Virus record (IMG/VR): IMGVR_UViG_3300042484_002423
Direction: 5' to 3' (one strand)
From: a virus
Lineage: Duplodnaviria; Heunggongvirae; Uroviricota; Caudoviricetes
Length of the DNA stretch: 56,018 nucleotides
Both the position numbers and the translations under genes were made by a program. This document shows, piece after piece, positions 7,983 to 16,584 of this stretch; position 1 is the stretch's first letter; every line of letters starts with the position of its first letter. Below the pieces are notes generated by a model. The model did no database searches, had not been told where the DNA came from, and was given only the letters and a program-made list of their open reading frames with translations.

Positions 7983-10900
7983 TTAAGCTGCTGCTCCAGA
8001 GATTTCACCAGTGTTCTTGATTCGCAGCGGAATATAGATAAATTCCACAGCTTTCACTGGTTCAATAGCAATGTCAACCCATAGCTCGTTTCGATCAATA
8101 CGTGCAGGTGTGTTGTTGCTCAAGTCGCAAACTACTAGGTAGTCATAAATTGCTCGTTTAGCAATCAAATCAATCATCAAGCTGTTGCATGTGTTGGCAA
8201 TTTCGTTACGAGTAATCTCGTCGTTGGGCTCAAACAAGTACAACTTACCAATTTCTTCCAGGCGTCCACGCAAGAACGCAACCAAGCGTGCCACGTTGAT
8301 GCGATCAAGTGCGGTAGTTACTGCTCTAGAAGTCTTGTTACCAAAGTTGGTAATACCAACTCCAGGAATAAAGGTAATTGGGTTGATGTTGCGCAGATAC
8401 AAGATATCACGAACACTTTGGCTCACGCTGATCTGTACAAATTCCCCTGTAGCAGAGTTGATGTAACCAATTGCTGTAGCATTGTCTACAACACCACGGC
8501 GTGTACCAGCTGGTGCCAACCATGGGTAGCTCACAGCATCGCTGCGCAGAATAGTGCGTACCATCATGTGACTTGGAGGAGCCACCACTGTATTGCCACT
8601 CAGGTCTGTAGTCTGACAGCTGGGATAGAACACACCAGCATAGTTGCTGGTTGCTGAATTACCGTCACCGTTGGGCTGACCCAATCCAGCATTGTTAGTA
8701 GCAAATGCCACCAAGCTGTTGCCATCTGGTCCAAGACGCATTGGTGTATCGCCCACAACAAACAATGTGTTGTTGCGCTCATTGCTGAGTGCAATCATGT
8801 TTGGTGTCAACTCTGGGTAAGCAGGTGTAGCAATAATGTTGAACTGTGTTTGTTCTTCACGTGCTGTTGCACTGGTGTCAATACCACTCTTCATTGCCTG
8901 AACAATCAGTTGACGTTGTGCCAGTCGACCTGACCACATGGCTCCGTTGTCTCGGTTGCCACTGGCTGTGAGCCATGTTGACTTTACTACTGGCAGTGTA
9001 TCGTCTGGGAATGTGGTGCTGTTAAAGTAATTGCTTTGGAAGCTCTTGACGTTGTAACCGCTGCGGCGTGTGTTGAACAACAACATACCTTGTGGATACA
9101 GTGCTGGATCCGGTGCATCCAGATCCAGGTAGTCACTGGTCAACAAACTTTCAATTGTTGGGAAAGGATCAGCAATTGGATCAGTTGTACCGTTTCCAGC
9201 CCAACGTGCGTCTGTAAACAATATACCGTTTTCTGTGACTTGATCTGTAGTGTCAACTTCAACCCACTGATCTTGCCCACTCACCTGCTCCCAGCGATAC
9301 AACTTGGGATAGTTTTCCAGATCACTGGTGTCAATCCACAAGTCACCATAGGCCAAAGGACTCTCAGCTGCATCAGTTTGAGTTGTCGGTGCTGTTGCAG
9401 CAATAATTGGACCAGCAGCATTGGTCAGACTCAAGTTGTATCCACGAACATCGTTTGTGACATTCTGGTATCCTTGCCATGTACCATTGTCTTGAATCAA
9501 GATGTCAGCATCACTCACGCTGCTGTAGTACCACAAGCGTCCAGCAGCTGGATCTTGATCAGGAGCTGTATTATCAGCACTGTAAGTAAACAATGGACTG
9601 GTTACCCAGTTACTGAGCAATAATCCACTATTAGATTGATTACTTTGTCTTACTCTGTTGTTGGCCAACGTAAATCCAGCTGTAGCAAGTGGTGATCCAG
9701 TACCACCAGTACCAAGGACTATTGTTCCACCAGCACTGTGAGTAAACACAATGTTTCCTGCACTGTTTATTGATGCAAACACATTGGGAATGTTGGCAGC
9801 ACTAACGGCTGTCACAAAGTCAGATGCTGTGCCAGTTCCGCCAATGGTTACAGTTACTACCGAAGTAATAGTATTTTGTCCTGGCACAGTTGCAGCCAAG
9901 CCAAATGTATTGTTAGGTGTAAACGGTGTTCCAGTGCTGACCACAGCGGTTCCAGCAACTTCAGTTGCACCAAGAGCATATCTTTCTAACAACTCAAATG
10001 ATAATGTGTCTAATGGAGTAGAATTGTGAAAGTTTGCATTATACAATGCATATGTTGCGCCAACTGGAATATTTTTGCCACCGCCCGAAGGATCTAGTGC
10101 ATAAATGGCCGTTGCGTCGCCTGCATAGGCTGCACAATTTTGTGAAATAAACGTGCCCAACGCGGTGCTGTATTTCTTCATGCTGATGTTAAGACCATTG
10201 TTGGCTGTTGACAAGTTTTGCCAAACAGAACCAGTTGGGCGGCCACCATCAACGTCAGTGGTTCTCCAACGCGGACTTTGATAACTATAACCTGGCAAAT
10301 AATCTGGTGCAGCATATGTTGCATCAGTCAAGCCAAGAGCTGTGAACAAGTTTGCTCCACCACTGGGTCCAGGCGCAATATTAATAATACCATTATTGGT
10401 CAATGTTGAACCATCGTTACCAGCGGTGCTGTCAGCATACAGGTATAGTTTACCGCTGACTGCTCTTGCTGTTACACCAGTAATATTAGCACTATTGATC
10501 ACAGTAGCAAATGCAGTCACTGTACCAGTTCCCACAGTGACCAGTGTACCGTTGATCAACATGTTGTTGCCGGTGGTCAAGCTTGTGGGAGCATTTGCAC
10601 TGACTATAGTGGGCCAAGCTGTTTTCCAATCGTTGCTGCCAACTAATACCCATGTATTGTCCCAACGCTTGTAATAGCCAAATACATACTCACCTTGAAT
10701 AGTAATTGCATAGTCTCCAATACTGCCAATTGAATCAATCGGAGTTCCATCAGCAGCAGGATCTGATCCGTCGCCGCCTTCAACATCTGCTGAATCAGTT
10801 AGAACCAGAGGTACTTTGTTGGTAAATGTTGCAGTGGTTTGATTCCACTCAAAAATACCCCAGGTTGTAGTGCTGGTGTCTACCCAGTAATCACCGTTAG

Positions 10901-11291
10901 CAGGTGCGCCGACAGGACGACTCAAGCTAGCTGTAAGCTCTGTCAGATCAATATCTACTCGTTGAACATATGCACGGTTTGTGACTCCCAGGGCTGAATA
11001 AGCAGCAAGCAAGCCGTATTCATTGAGTTCATAACCGTTGATTGCAGTACCAGTTGTGGTATTGTAGAAGAATGGCACACCAAACGTGGCTGCCAGATCA
11101 CGCTGACTGGTGATCAAATAAGTTTTATTGGCATTTGCAGCAAGTGTACCAGCAGCAACAGTGATACCGTCGCTGGATACTTTGTTTTGTGCTGTGGCAA
11201 CTACAAAGTAGGGTACTGTGTTTACTGCTGAAGGGATGTATTGACTCTCGTCAATTACTATTACTTCTACGCCTGGTGAGTCTAGAGCCAT
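7983..11291 (-). CDS. gp18: Tail sheath protein with large insertions (1102 aa)
   Basis: N-terminal SPGVEV..IDES; C-terminal WLAPAG.RRG, INPI..PG.G...FGNKT, LDRINVARL, LFEPND..TR, IEPVKAVEFIYI. Confidence 0.95.
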   Translation of the reverse strand: MALDSPGVEVIVIDESQYIPSAVNTVPYFVVATAQNKVSSDGITVAAGTLAANANKTYLITSQRDLAATFGVPFFYNTTTGTAINGYELNEYGLLAAYSALGVTNRAYVQRVDIDLTELTASLSRPVGAPANGDYWVDTSTTTWGIFEWNQTTATFTNKVPLVLTDSADVEGGDGSDPAADGTPIDSIGSIGDYAITIQGEYVFGYYKRWDNTWVLVGSNDWKTAWPTIVSANAPTSLTTGNNMLINGTLVTVGTGTVTAFATVINSANITGVTARAVSGKLYLYADSTAGNDGSTLTNNGIINIAPGPSGGANLFTALGLTDATYAAPDYLPGYSYQSPRWRTTDVDGGRPTGSVWQNLSTANNGLNISMKKYSTALGTFISQNCAAYAGDATAIYALDPSGGGKNIPVGATYALYNANFHNSTPLDTLSFELLERYALGATEVAGTAVVSTGTPFTPNNTFGLAATVPGQNTITSVVTVTIGGTGTASDFVTAVSAANIPNVFASINSAGNIVFTHSAGGTIVLGTGGTGSPLATAGFTLANNRVRQSNQSNSGLLLSNWVTSPLFTYSADNTAPDQDPAAGRLWYYSSVSDADILIQDNGTWQGYQNVTNDVRGYNLSLTNAAGPIIAATAPTTQTDAAESPLAYGDLWIDTSDLENYPKLYRWEQVSGQDQWVEVDTTDQVTENGILFTDARWAGNGTTDPIADPFPTIESLLTSDYLDLDAPDPALYPQGMLLFNTRRSGYNVKSFQSNYFNSTTFPDDTLPVVKSTWLTASGNRDNGAMWSGRLAQRQLIVQAMKSGIDTSATAREEQTQFNIIATPAYPELTPNMIALSNERNNTLFVVGDTPMRLGPDGNSLVAFATNNAGLGQPNGDGNSATSNYAGVFYPSCQTTDLSGNTVVAPPSHMMVRTILRSDAVSYPWLAPAGTRRGVVDNATAIGYINSATGEFVQISVSQSVRDILYLRNINPITFIPGVGITNFGNKTSRAVTTALDRINVARLVAFLRGRLEEIGKLYLFEPNDEITRNEIANTCNSLMIDLIAKRAIYDYLVVCDLSNNTPARIDRNELWVDIAIEPVKAVEFIYIPLRIKNTGEISGAAA

Positions 11292-11318
11292 GTTGTGGTT
11301 TCCTTTTCAAGTTGTAGA

Positions 11319-11326
11319 TATTTATA
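11319..11326 (-). promoter_or_regulatory. T4-type late promoter TATAAATA
   Basis: Exact gp55 late consensus upstream of gp18. TAAATA core also on minus at 197, 4011, 4531, 5333, 7941, 13692, 29781, 32877, 34366, 37024, 40934, 41214, 43015, 45899 and on plus at 11379, 15192, 34403, 35694. Confidence 0.85.
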
Positions 11327-11389
11327 GGTATATTCAAAAAAAGGTGTTCTACACTGCCCTTACTGTAAGGTCCGTGACTAAATATGCAC

Positions 11390-11734
11390 ATGCGACCCAT
11401 TTGCCCAGCCTGTAATCAACGACCACGAGCAATCAACTGCTATCGAGATGATAAAGTGTACTATCGCAGCCGCTGCGAAACCTGTGTGAAAAAAAACAAA
11501 AAAATAAAGTCGCCTGTGCCCAGATGGCAACTCAGCGGATACAAGAAAAAACCCACATGTGATCGATGTGGGTTCAAGGCCAGGCATGCTTCCCAGCTAT
11601 TGGTGTGTCATGTTGATGGGAATCTCAACAATTCTGAACTACGCAATCTCAAAACAATATGTCTAAACTGTGTAGCTGATCTAAAACGTTCAGATTCTAC
11701 TTGGCGTCGGGGTGATCTCGAAGTAGATTCTTGA
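11390..11734 (+). CDS. Zn-finger / HNH-like small protein
   Basis: CPAC...CETC, CDRC, then HVDGNLNN...NLKTICLNC (HNHc-like). Start moved to 11390 because the ATG at 11384 overlaps the TAAATA promoter. Confidence 0.7.
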   Translation: MRPICPACNQRPRAINCYRDDKVYYRSRCETCVKKNKKIKSPVPRWQLSGYKKKPTCDRCGFKARHASQLLVCHVDGNLNNSELRNLKTICLNCVADLKRSDSTWRRGDLEVDS

Positions 11735-12347
11735 CCTGTTCGTACAAGTCGTCTAGGGTGCCGTTGTTGTCCAGCACAGCGTCAAATTCAGTTCCAACCC
11801 AGCTATATTCGCTGGCATGAACTCCCATTTGATCTAGCTTGCTTTTACCAATGCTCCATGAACTATTTCCATTGGGGCCTCGGTTATAGGACACTGCTGC
11901 ATCGTACCATTCAGGTTCGGGACCACGACGTACACGCACAACCATACCGCCAGCATTTTTAATAGATTTGATTTCGTTGGGAAATCTGCAATCACTGATC
12001 ACAATGTCATCTAGGCTGTTGCGCAGTTTGTTTTCTAGGCTAGCAATCCAGATATCGTCGTGAAATCCTCGTCGACATACTTCTGTGCCCCACAATTGTA
12101 ACATCAATCTTGGGGTCAGATTGGGCATATTCAACCGTTGTGCCCACCACGGATCCACTTGTTCTCGCCACTCCCGGGCTTGCTTGGTGCGCCCTTCTAG
12201 CATGGTTCTATCCCAGTCAAACACTTGTGCCACTGCATCTTTCAGTGTGTTGGCAAAACTTTCCCGTCGAAAGTGATGTAAATTTACCAGGTAATCTGCA
12301 ACTGTATCTTTGCCAGTGCCAATGAATCCGCAAATTCCAATAATCAT
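11697..12347 (-). CDS. gp1: Deoxynucleoside monophosphate kinase (T4 gp1-like)
   Basis: P-loop GFIGTGKDT, SFANTLKDAV, TPRLMLQLWGTE, VISDCRFPNE. Confidence 0.9.
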   Translation of the reverse strand: MIIGICGFIGTGKDTVADYLVNLHHFRRESFANTLKDAVAQVFDWDRTMLEGRTKQAREWREQVDPWWAQRLNMPNLTPRLMLQLWGTEVCRRGFHDDIWIASLENKLRNSLDDIVISDCRFPNEIKSIKNAGGMVVRVRRGPEPEWYDAAVSYNRGPNGNSSWSIGKSKLDQMGVHASEYSWVGTEFDAVLDNNGTLDDLYEQVKNLLRDHPDAK

Positions 12348-12868
12348 CGTAGTTCCTTGATATTTAGATGTTTGAGTGTGAGTTGCAGCATGTCAATTTG
12401 ACGCTTGCAATCTTCTAGCGCATGGTGGCTGGTTGGGGGCTTGGGCAGGTCAGGATACAGGCTATACACTGTTCTAGCATCGCGAACTTTGTAGAATTGC
12501 CAGGGTATGGGTTTGCCAAAACTTTTGTAGGCATGCTCGATAATGTTCATATCGTAGGTGGGACCGTTTGCCCAGATCAAATTACTTTGCCAAATAAATT
12601 TAGACAATTCGTCCAGTGCTTGATCCAATGGGATTCGATCTGTTTCGCCAAAAGCTTCTTGCCTTGCAGCTTCGGGCTGTGAGGCCCACCAATCAATTGT
12701 GTCTTGTTGTATGCTACGACTTTCTTGGCTTTCCAATGTGATCCTGGCATAGTAATGCCGAGCATGGTAACCTTGGCCAAGAGGGTCAAAGCTCTGAGCT
12801 GCAATAGTCAGGATTGTGGTGTCTGGTCCTGTGCCCAGGCCTTCGATATCGATCATTAAGTCTGCCAT
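12344..12868 (-). CDS. DEDD-family 3'-5' exonuclease (ExoVIII/Rv2179c-like)
   Basis: LMIDIEGLG, WANGPTYD, PWQF..VRD.RT, HHALED; start reset to the ATG 5 nt after TGCTATACT. Confidence 0.85.
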   Translation of the reverse strand: MADLMIDIEGLGTGPDTTILTIAAQSFDPLGQGYHARHYYARITLESQESRSIQQDTIDWWASQPEAARQEAFGETDRIPLDQALDELSKFIWQSNLIWANGPTYDMNIIEHAYKSFGKPIPWQFYKVRDARTVYSLYPDLPKPPTSHHALEDCKRQIDMLQLTLKHLNIKELR

Positions 12869-12908
12869 GTTGTAGTATAGCAGATTTTTTAGGAGTTGTG
12901 TAAGGTAG

Positions 12909-13670
12909 TTAACCAATTACCCAAGTTAACGGCTGCGAGGCATCCACATACATTTTGAGTTGCTCAATCAAATCTGTCATAGATTCTTTGGCTTCAGCTT
13001 TCATTGCTGCACCGTTGAGACTGCCACCGCCTTGTGGTCCTGCAATACTGGCAAACTTTTCACGTGCTTCACCAATGATCATTTTACAGTTGGCTACCAT
13101 GTAGTCCTTGATCCATTGTTGAATTTGAAAGTCTTGCAGCAAATGAATTTCGGGTTTGAGCTGCCAGGTCCAAAGCAGCACATTTTCACCAGTGCCTTTG
13201 GGGTCACGGATCAACTGTAGCTTTTTGCTCACAGGGTTCCAGGTATAGTTCATGAAACCGCCGAACATACGTGCTGCAAGTTCAACATACTGGGTATAAA
13301 AATCATATGTGGCCAGGCCGCCGGCCACGTTGAAGTTCATAAGGTAAACGTTGATCGACGCTTGTGCAAATGGATCAAAGTTTGATGCAAACGGGCCTGT
13401 GGAGTTTCCGAACTGACGTCGAAATACTTGTTGCACTTGAACCACTTCTTGTGGCAGTGTATAAATGTTAACGTCCTGGATCAGTTCCATGAAGATGTAG
13501 GCTTCTTCATAGGCATTGGTGGCACGTTGACGATACGTGCCTATGGTTTTCTGGTAGGCAGCTTCGTAGTGCGCAGGATCCAGTTCAATATCAATAATTT
13601 GATCCGCTAACTGAAGCTTGACATATTCAATTAGGTTTTGCTTCAGTTGCGGTAGTGTATTTTCGCTCAT
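12909..13670 (-). CDS. gp13: Neck / head-tail adaptor protein (gp13-like)
   Basis: LADQIIDIEL, WIKDY..A..K..IGE.R.KF..I.GPQGG.SLNG..M..EA pattern. Confidence 0.75.
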   Translation of the reverse strand: MSENTLPQLKQNLIEYVKLQLADQIIDIELDPAHYEAAYQKTIGTYRQRATNAYEEAYIFMELIQDVNIYTLPQEVVQVQQVFRRQFGNSTGPFASNFDPFAQASINVYLMNFNVAGGLATYDFYTQYVELAARMFGGFMNYTWNPVSKKLQLIRDPKGTGENVLLWTWQLKPEIHLLQDFQIQQWIKDYMVANCKMIIGEAREKFASIAGPQGGGSLNGAAMKAEAKESMTDLIEQLKMYVDASQPLTWVIG

Positions 13671-13694
13671 CGGGGGAACTCCGTTCCCCCTTAT

Positions 13695-14819
13695 TTACCA
13701 AGCTTTGAGGATGATCAAGTTCTCAGTGCCACGTCCGTTCCAGGGTGTTTCAGTAGTACTGAGCTCTTTGAACAGCTTGCGGGCCGCTGGTTTGCCCGCA
13801 ATTGTAATAGCCTTTAGAGAGTCAGCTGGCTTTCGCAGAGTCTTTTGCTGAGTGTCTACTGTGCTGAATCCAATGATTGAATTTGACTTTACAGTAAATG
13901 CCTGAGCATGCGAGTCAGCAACAAGGTGAATCAACTTGCGTTTTTTGGTATCATACAGCCAAGCTTCTGATTTGTCCACAAGACTTGCAGCCGGCAAACC
14001 TTTGAGTTTGAGCTCTGCAAATTCTACAAGGTGCTTGAACTTTGCGGCACGTTTTTCTGGGGGCACTGCTTTGACTTTGCGGGGCTTGCGTTCCACTTTC
14101 TTGATCTGCACATAAGCACCGCAGTCAGAAATAACCAGTTCGCAGAATTTAATGACATTTCGAATCTGCACCTTGTTGAGATTGCTGTACGCTTCTACCA
14201 GTTGTGCATCTTTGCCTTCTTGCAGTGCTTCAAATTCCACAAGTTTGCGCTTCCAAATATCAGCAATCATGCTCACCATTTGGGGCACAACGTTCATGCC
14301 ACGGATCAACATAATAGGTTGGTAGTCTGCATTGAGCTTGGCGCCGCCAGCAATAAACTCATCAAACAAGCCATCAAGTTCACCAGCACAGTCCCGGACT
14401 TTTTCGCGCAGTCGATCTTGAATAGTGATCTTGGGCACAACTTCTGCTTCTGTTGGCTCTACTTCTTCGTCTTGCTTTGTTGCAAGAATCTCTTGCAACA
14501 TGGTATTCAGCTTGGCTTTTTCGCTGTCTTCCAGCTCTAGACCCACTAGACTCATGCGGCACAACCAACCTGTGGTGAGACGAATAGCAGAATCTGGAAC
14601 TCCTTTAAGCAGTCGAACATCTGCTTTGCGATTGTGCTGTTCCAAGTAGTTTACAATCATGTCTCGCGCATCCTTCTTGCCATAGAAGTAATTGTACCAT
14701 GAAAATGCTTTGCTCATGGCGCTGATGCGATTTTGTTCTGGCTGAATTGCCCAAGTGGGTTCTCCGCCAAGAATGTTTGTGTCTGCGCTACGTGGATTCA
14801 GCAGTTTGATAGTTTTCAC
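13695..14819 (-). CDS. Hypothetical protein, early or middle expressed
   Basis: 374 aa; GTG start with SD AAGGAG; sigma70 promoter upstream; FTVKSNSIIGF...KTLRKP motif. Confidence 0.75.
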   Translation of the reverse strand: MKTIKLLNPRSADTNILGGEPTWAIQPEQNRISAMSKAFSWYNYFYGKKDARDMIVNYLEQHNRKADVRLLKGVPDSAIRLTTGWLCRMSLVGLELEDSEKAKLNTMLQEILATKQDEEVEPTEAEVVPKITIQDRLREKVRDCAGELDGLFDEFIAGGAKLNADYQPIMLIRGMNVVPQMVSMIADIWKRKLVEFEALQEGKDAQLVEAYSNLNKVQIRNVIKFCELVISDCGAYVQIKKVERKPRKVKAVPPEKRAAKFKHLVEFAELKLKGLPAASLVDKSEAWLYDTKKRKLIHLVADSHAQAFTVKSNSIIGFSTVDTQQKTLRKPADSLKAITIAGKPAARKLFKELSTTETPWNGRGTENLIILKAW

Positions 14820-14846
14820 AGGGGCTCCTTTTGCATCAATGTTGTA

Positions 14847-14875
14847 ATTATAGCAGATCAGCTAATTTTGGTCAA
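14847..14875 (-). promoter_or_regulatory. sigma70-type promoter
   Basis: TTGACC-17 nt-TATAAT with extended -10 TGc. Confidence 0.8.
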
Positions 14876-15148
14876 GTCGGCACAAAGTAGTACTAAAGTA
14901 AGATCTGACTCGCGGCGAAATGTGATCCAGTAGGGCCTGCCAATATCACGATCATAACGACTGTTTCGTTCGCCGTAATAACTGTACCAGTCATGCTCAC
15001 GCAACCAGCCGCCACCCTGCAACCGGGCTCGACAGACTTTTTCAATTGCTCGAATTTCGTCACTATAGCCATTGGCAAACCGCAGGGCCACTGTGTGCCC
15101 ATGCTCTTTGAATTGACGGAATCTACGGTTTAACTTAACTACTTTCAT
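14858..15148 (-). CDS. Hypothetical basic protein
   Basis: MKVVKLNRR...RPYWITFRRESDLTLVLL; start reset to the ATG at 15148. Confidence 0.7.
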   Translation of the reverse strand: MKVVKLNRRFRQFKEHGHTVALRFANGYSDEIRAIEKVCRARLQGGGWLREHDWYSYYGERNSRYDRDIGRPYWITFRRESDLTLVLLCADLTKIS

Positions 15149-15154
15149 GCCCAA

Positions 15155-15183
15155 ATTATAGCACTTGCTGAATTATTGGTCAA
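15155..15183 (-). promoter_or_regulatory. sigma70-type promoter
   Basis: TTGACC-17 nt-TATAAT with extended -10 TGc; ATG 6 nt downstream. Confidence 0.8.
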
Positions 15184-15204
15184 TGGTCCCATAAATACTA
15201 AACT

Positions 15205-16581
15205 ATGCCACGTTTAAGCCTATACCGCCCAAATCGAACACGCGATTACCAGTTCCTGGATCGCACCATCTCCGAGATGTACACCGTTGGAGGGTTAGAT
15301 ATTTTTGTTCACAAGTACATGGGCCCACAAACTGGTGGCGAAGATTCAGCTTTTTCAGGCAATGCTGATGCTACTCAGCCAGTGTATGACGAGCTCAATC
15401 CCTTAAACATCCAAGACTTGCTGTTGCTGGAAAACCGTGATAGAATTTACGATCAAGATATCTATGTCATGCGTGGTGTTTATCAAACACAGGATGTGGA
15501 CTTTGACCTTACGCAATTTGGTTTGTTCTTGAACAACGATACCTTGTTTATCACATTCCACTACAATGACATGATTGATACGTTTCGGCGCAAACTCATG
15601 AACGGCGACGTGCTTGAAATACCCAACTTAAAAGATTACAATCCATTGGATGCGTCAATTCCGCAGCCACTGCCCAAGTACTATGTGATTCAAGACGCTG
15701 CGTTTGCGTCTGAGGGATTCAGTCAAACTTGGTTGCCACACCTGTGGCGTGTGAAAGCCACACCAATGACCAACGGTCAAGAGTACAAAGATATTCTCAA
15801 GAAACCTGTGGTCTCTGAACAAATCTGGGATCCAGGCAACTTCTATCCCACAGGCAGCATTGTCAACTATGGCGACGTTTATTATCAAGCTGCGAAACCT
15901 ACACCAGCAGACACCCCCATCACTGACAATGAATACTGGCAAGAGTACACACCGCCTACTCAAAGTGATGAATTCACCACTCGACCCAAAGATCAGCAAA
16001 TCAACGATGCTATCCTTACACAGGCCGATGTTGAAGTCCCGTTGTCTGGTTACGACACACAAAAATACTATGTGTTGCCCACCAATATCAACGGTGCACC
16101 AGGTGATCCTGAAGGACTCCGAGCAGACGAAACCACACCTACTGTGGACGGCACTGAACCAGGCATGAGTAATGTGCCAAGAGCAGACGGATACACTGTG
16201 GGCTATCTCACAGGAGATGGAATTCCGCCCAACGGGTTACCAGTTACAACCGGTGTTGCTTTCCCACTTGGTGCTGTGGACGGAGACTTCTGTTTGAGAC
16301 TGGATTACTTCCCAAATCGACTGTTCCGCTTTGATGGACGTCGTTGGATCAAGATTGAGGACAAAGTGCGTACAAATCTAAACAATGGCAGCAGTAACGA
16401 TACTTTGCGCTCCAGCTTTGTGAACAATACATACACTGTGCCAACAACAGACTTGGGCAACATTCCAAGTCGACAAAGCTTGAGCGAGTTGTTGAAGCCC
16501 CGGGCGGACAATGGAGATCAAGACGGGAACTTCCCTCCGAAGCCGTACCCAAATACACGTCCTGGACAGAAATCGAGTTAA
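15205..16581 (+). CDS. gp14: Neck protein (gp14-like) with insertions
   Basis: FDLTQFGL..NDTLFITFH, GDVLEIP, YYVIQDA; W..G..Y..G.IV.Y insert; late promoter; precedes gp15. Confidence 0.7.
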   Translation: MPRLSLYRPNRTRDYQFLDRTISEMYTVGGLDIFVHKYMGPQTGGEDSAFSGNADATQPVYDELNPLNIQDLLLLENRDRIYDQDIYVMRGVYQTQDVDFDLTQFGLFLNNDTLFITFHYNDMIDTFRRKLMNGDVLEIPNLKDYNPLDASIPQPLPKYYVIQDAAFASEGFSQTWLPHLWRVKATPMTNGQEYKDILKKPVVSEQIWDPGNFYPTGSIVNYGDVYYQAAKPTPADTPITDNEYWQEYTPPTQSDEFTTRPKDQQINDAILTQADVEVPLSGYDTQKYYVLPTNINGAPGDPEGLRADETTPTVDGTEPGMSNVPRADGYTVGYLTGDGIPPNGLPVTTGVAFPLGAVDGDFCLRLDYFPNRLFRFDGRRWIKIEDKVRTNLNNGSSNDTLRSSFVNNTYTVPTTDLGNIPSRQSLSELLKPRADNGDQDGNFPPKPYPNTRPGQKSS

Positions 16582-16584
16582 CTG

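Noticed and set aside
11358-11370. Palindrome CCTTAC-T-GTAAGG between divergent promoters
   Set aside because: Single short instance with no second copy found; could be chance
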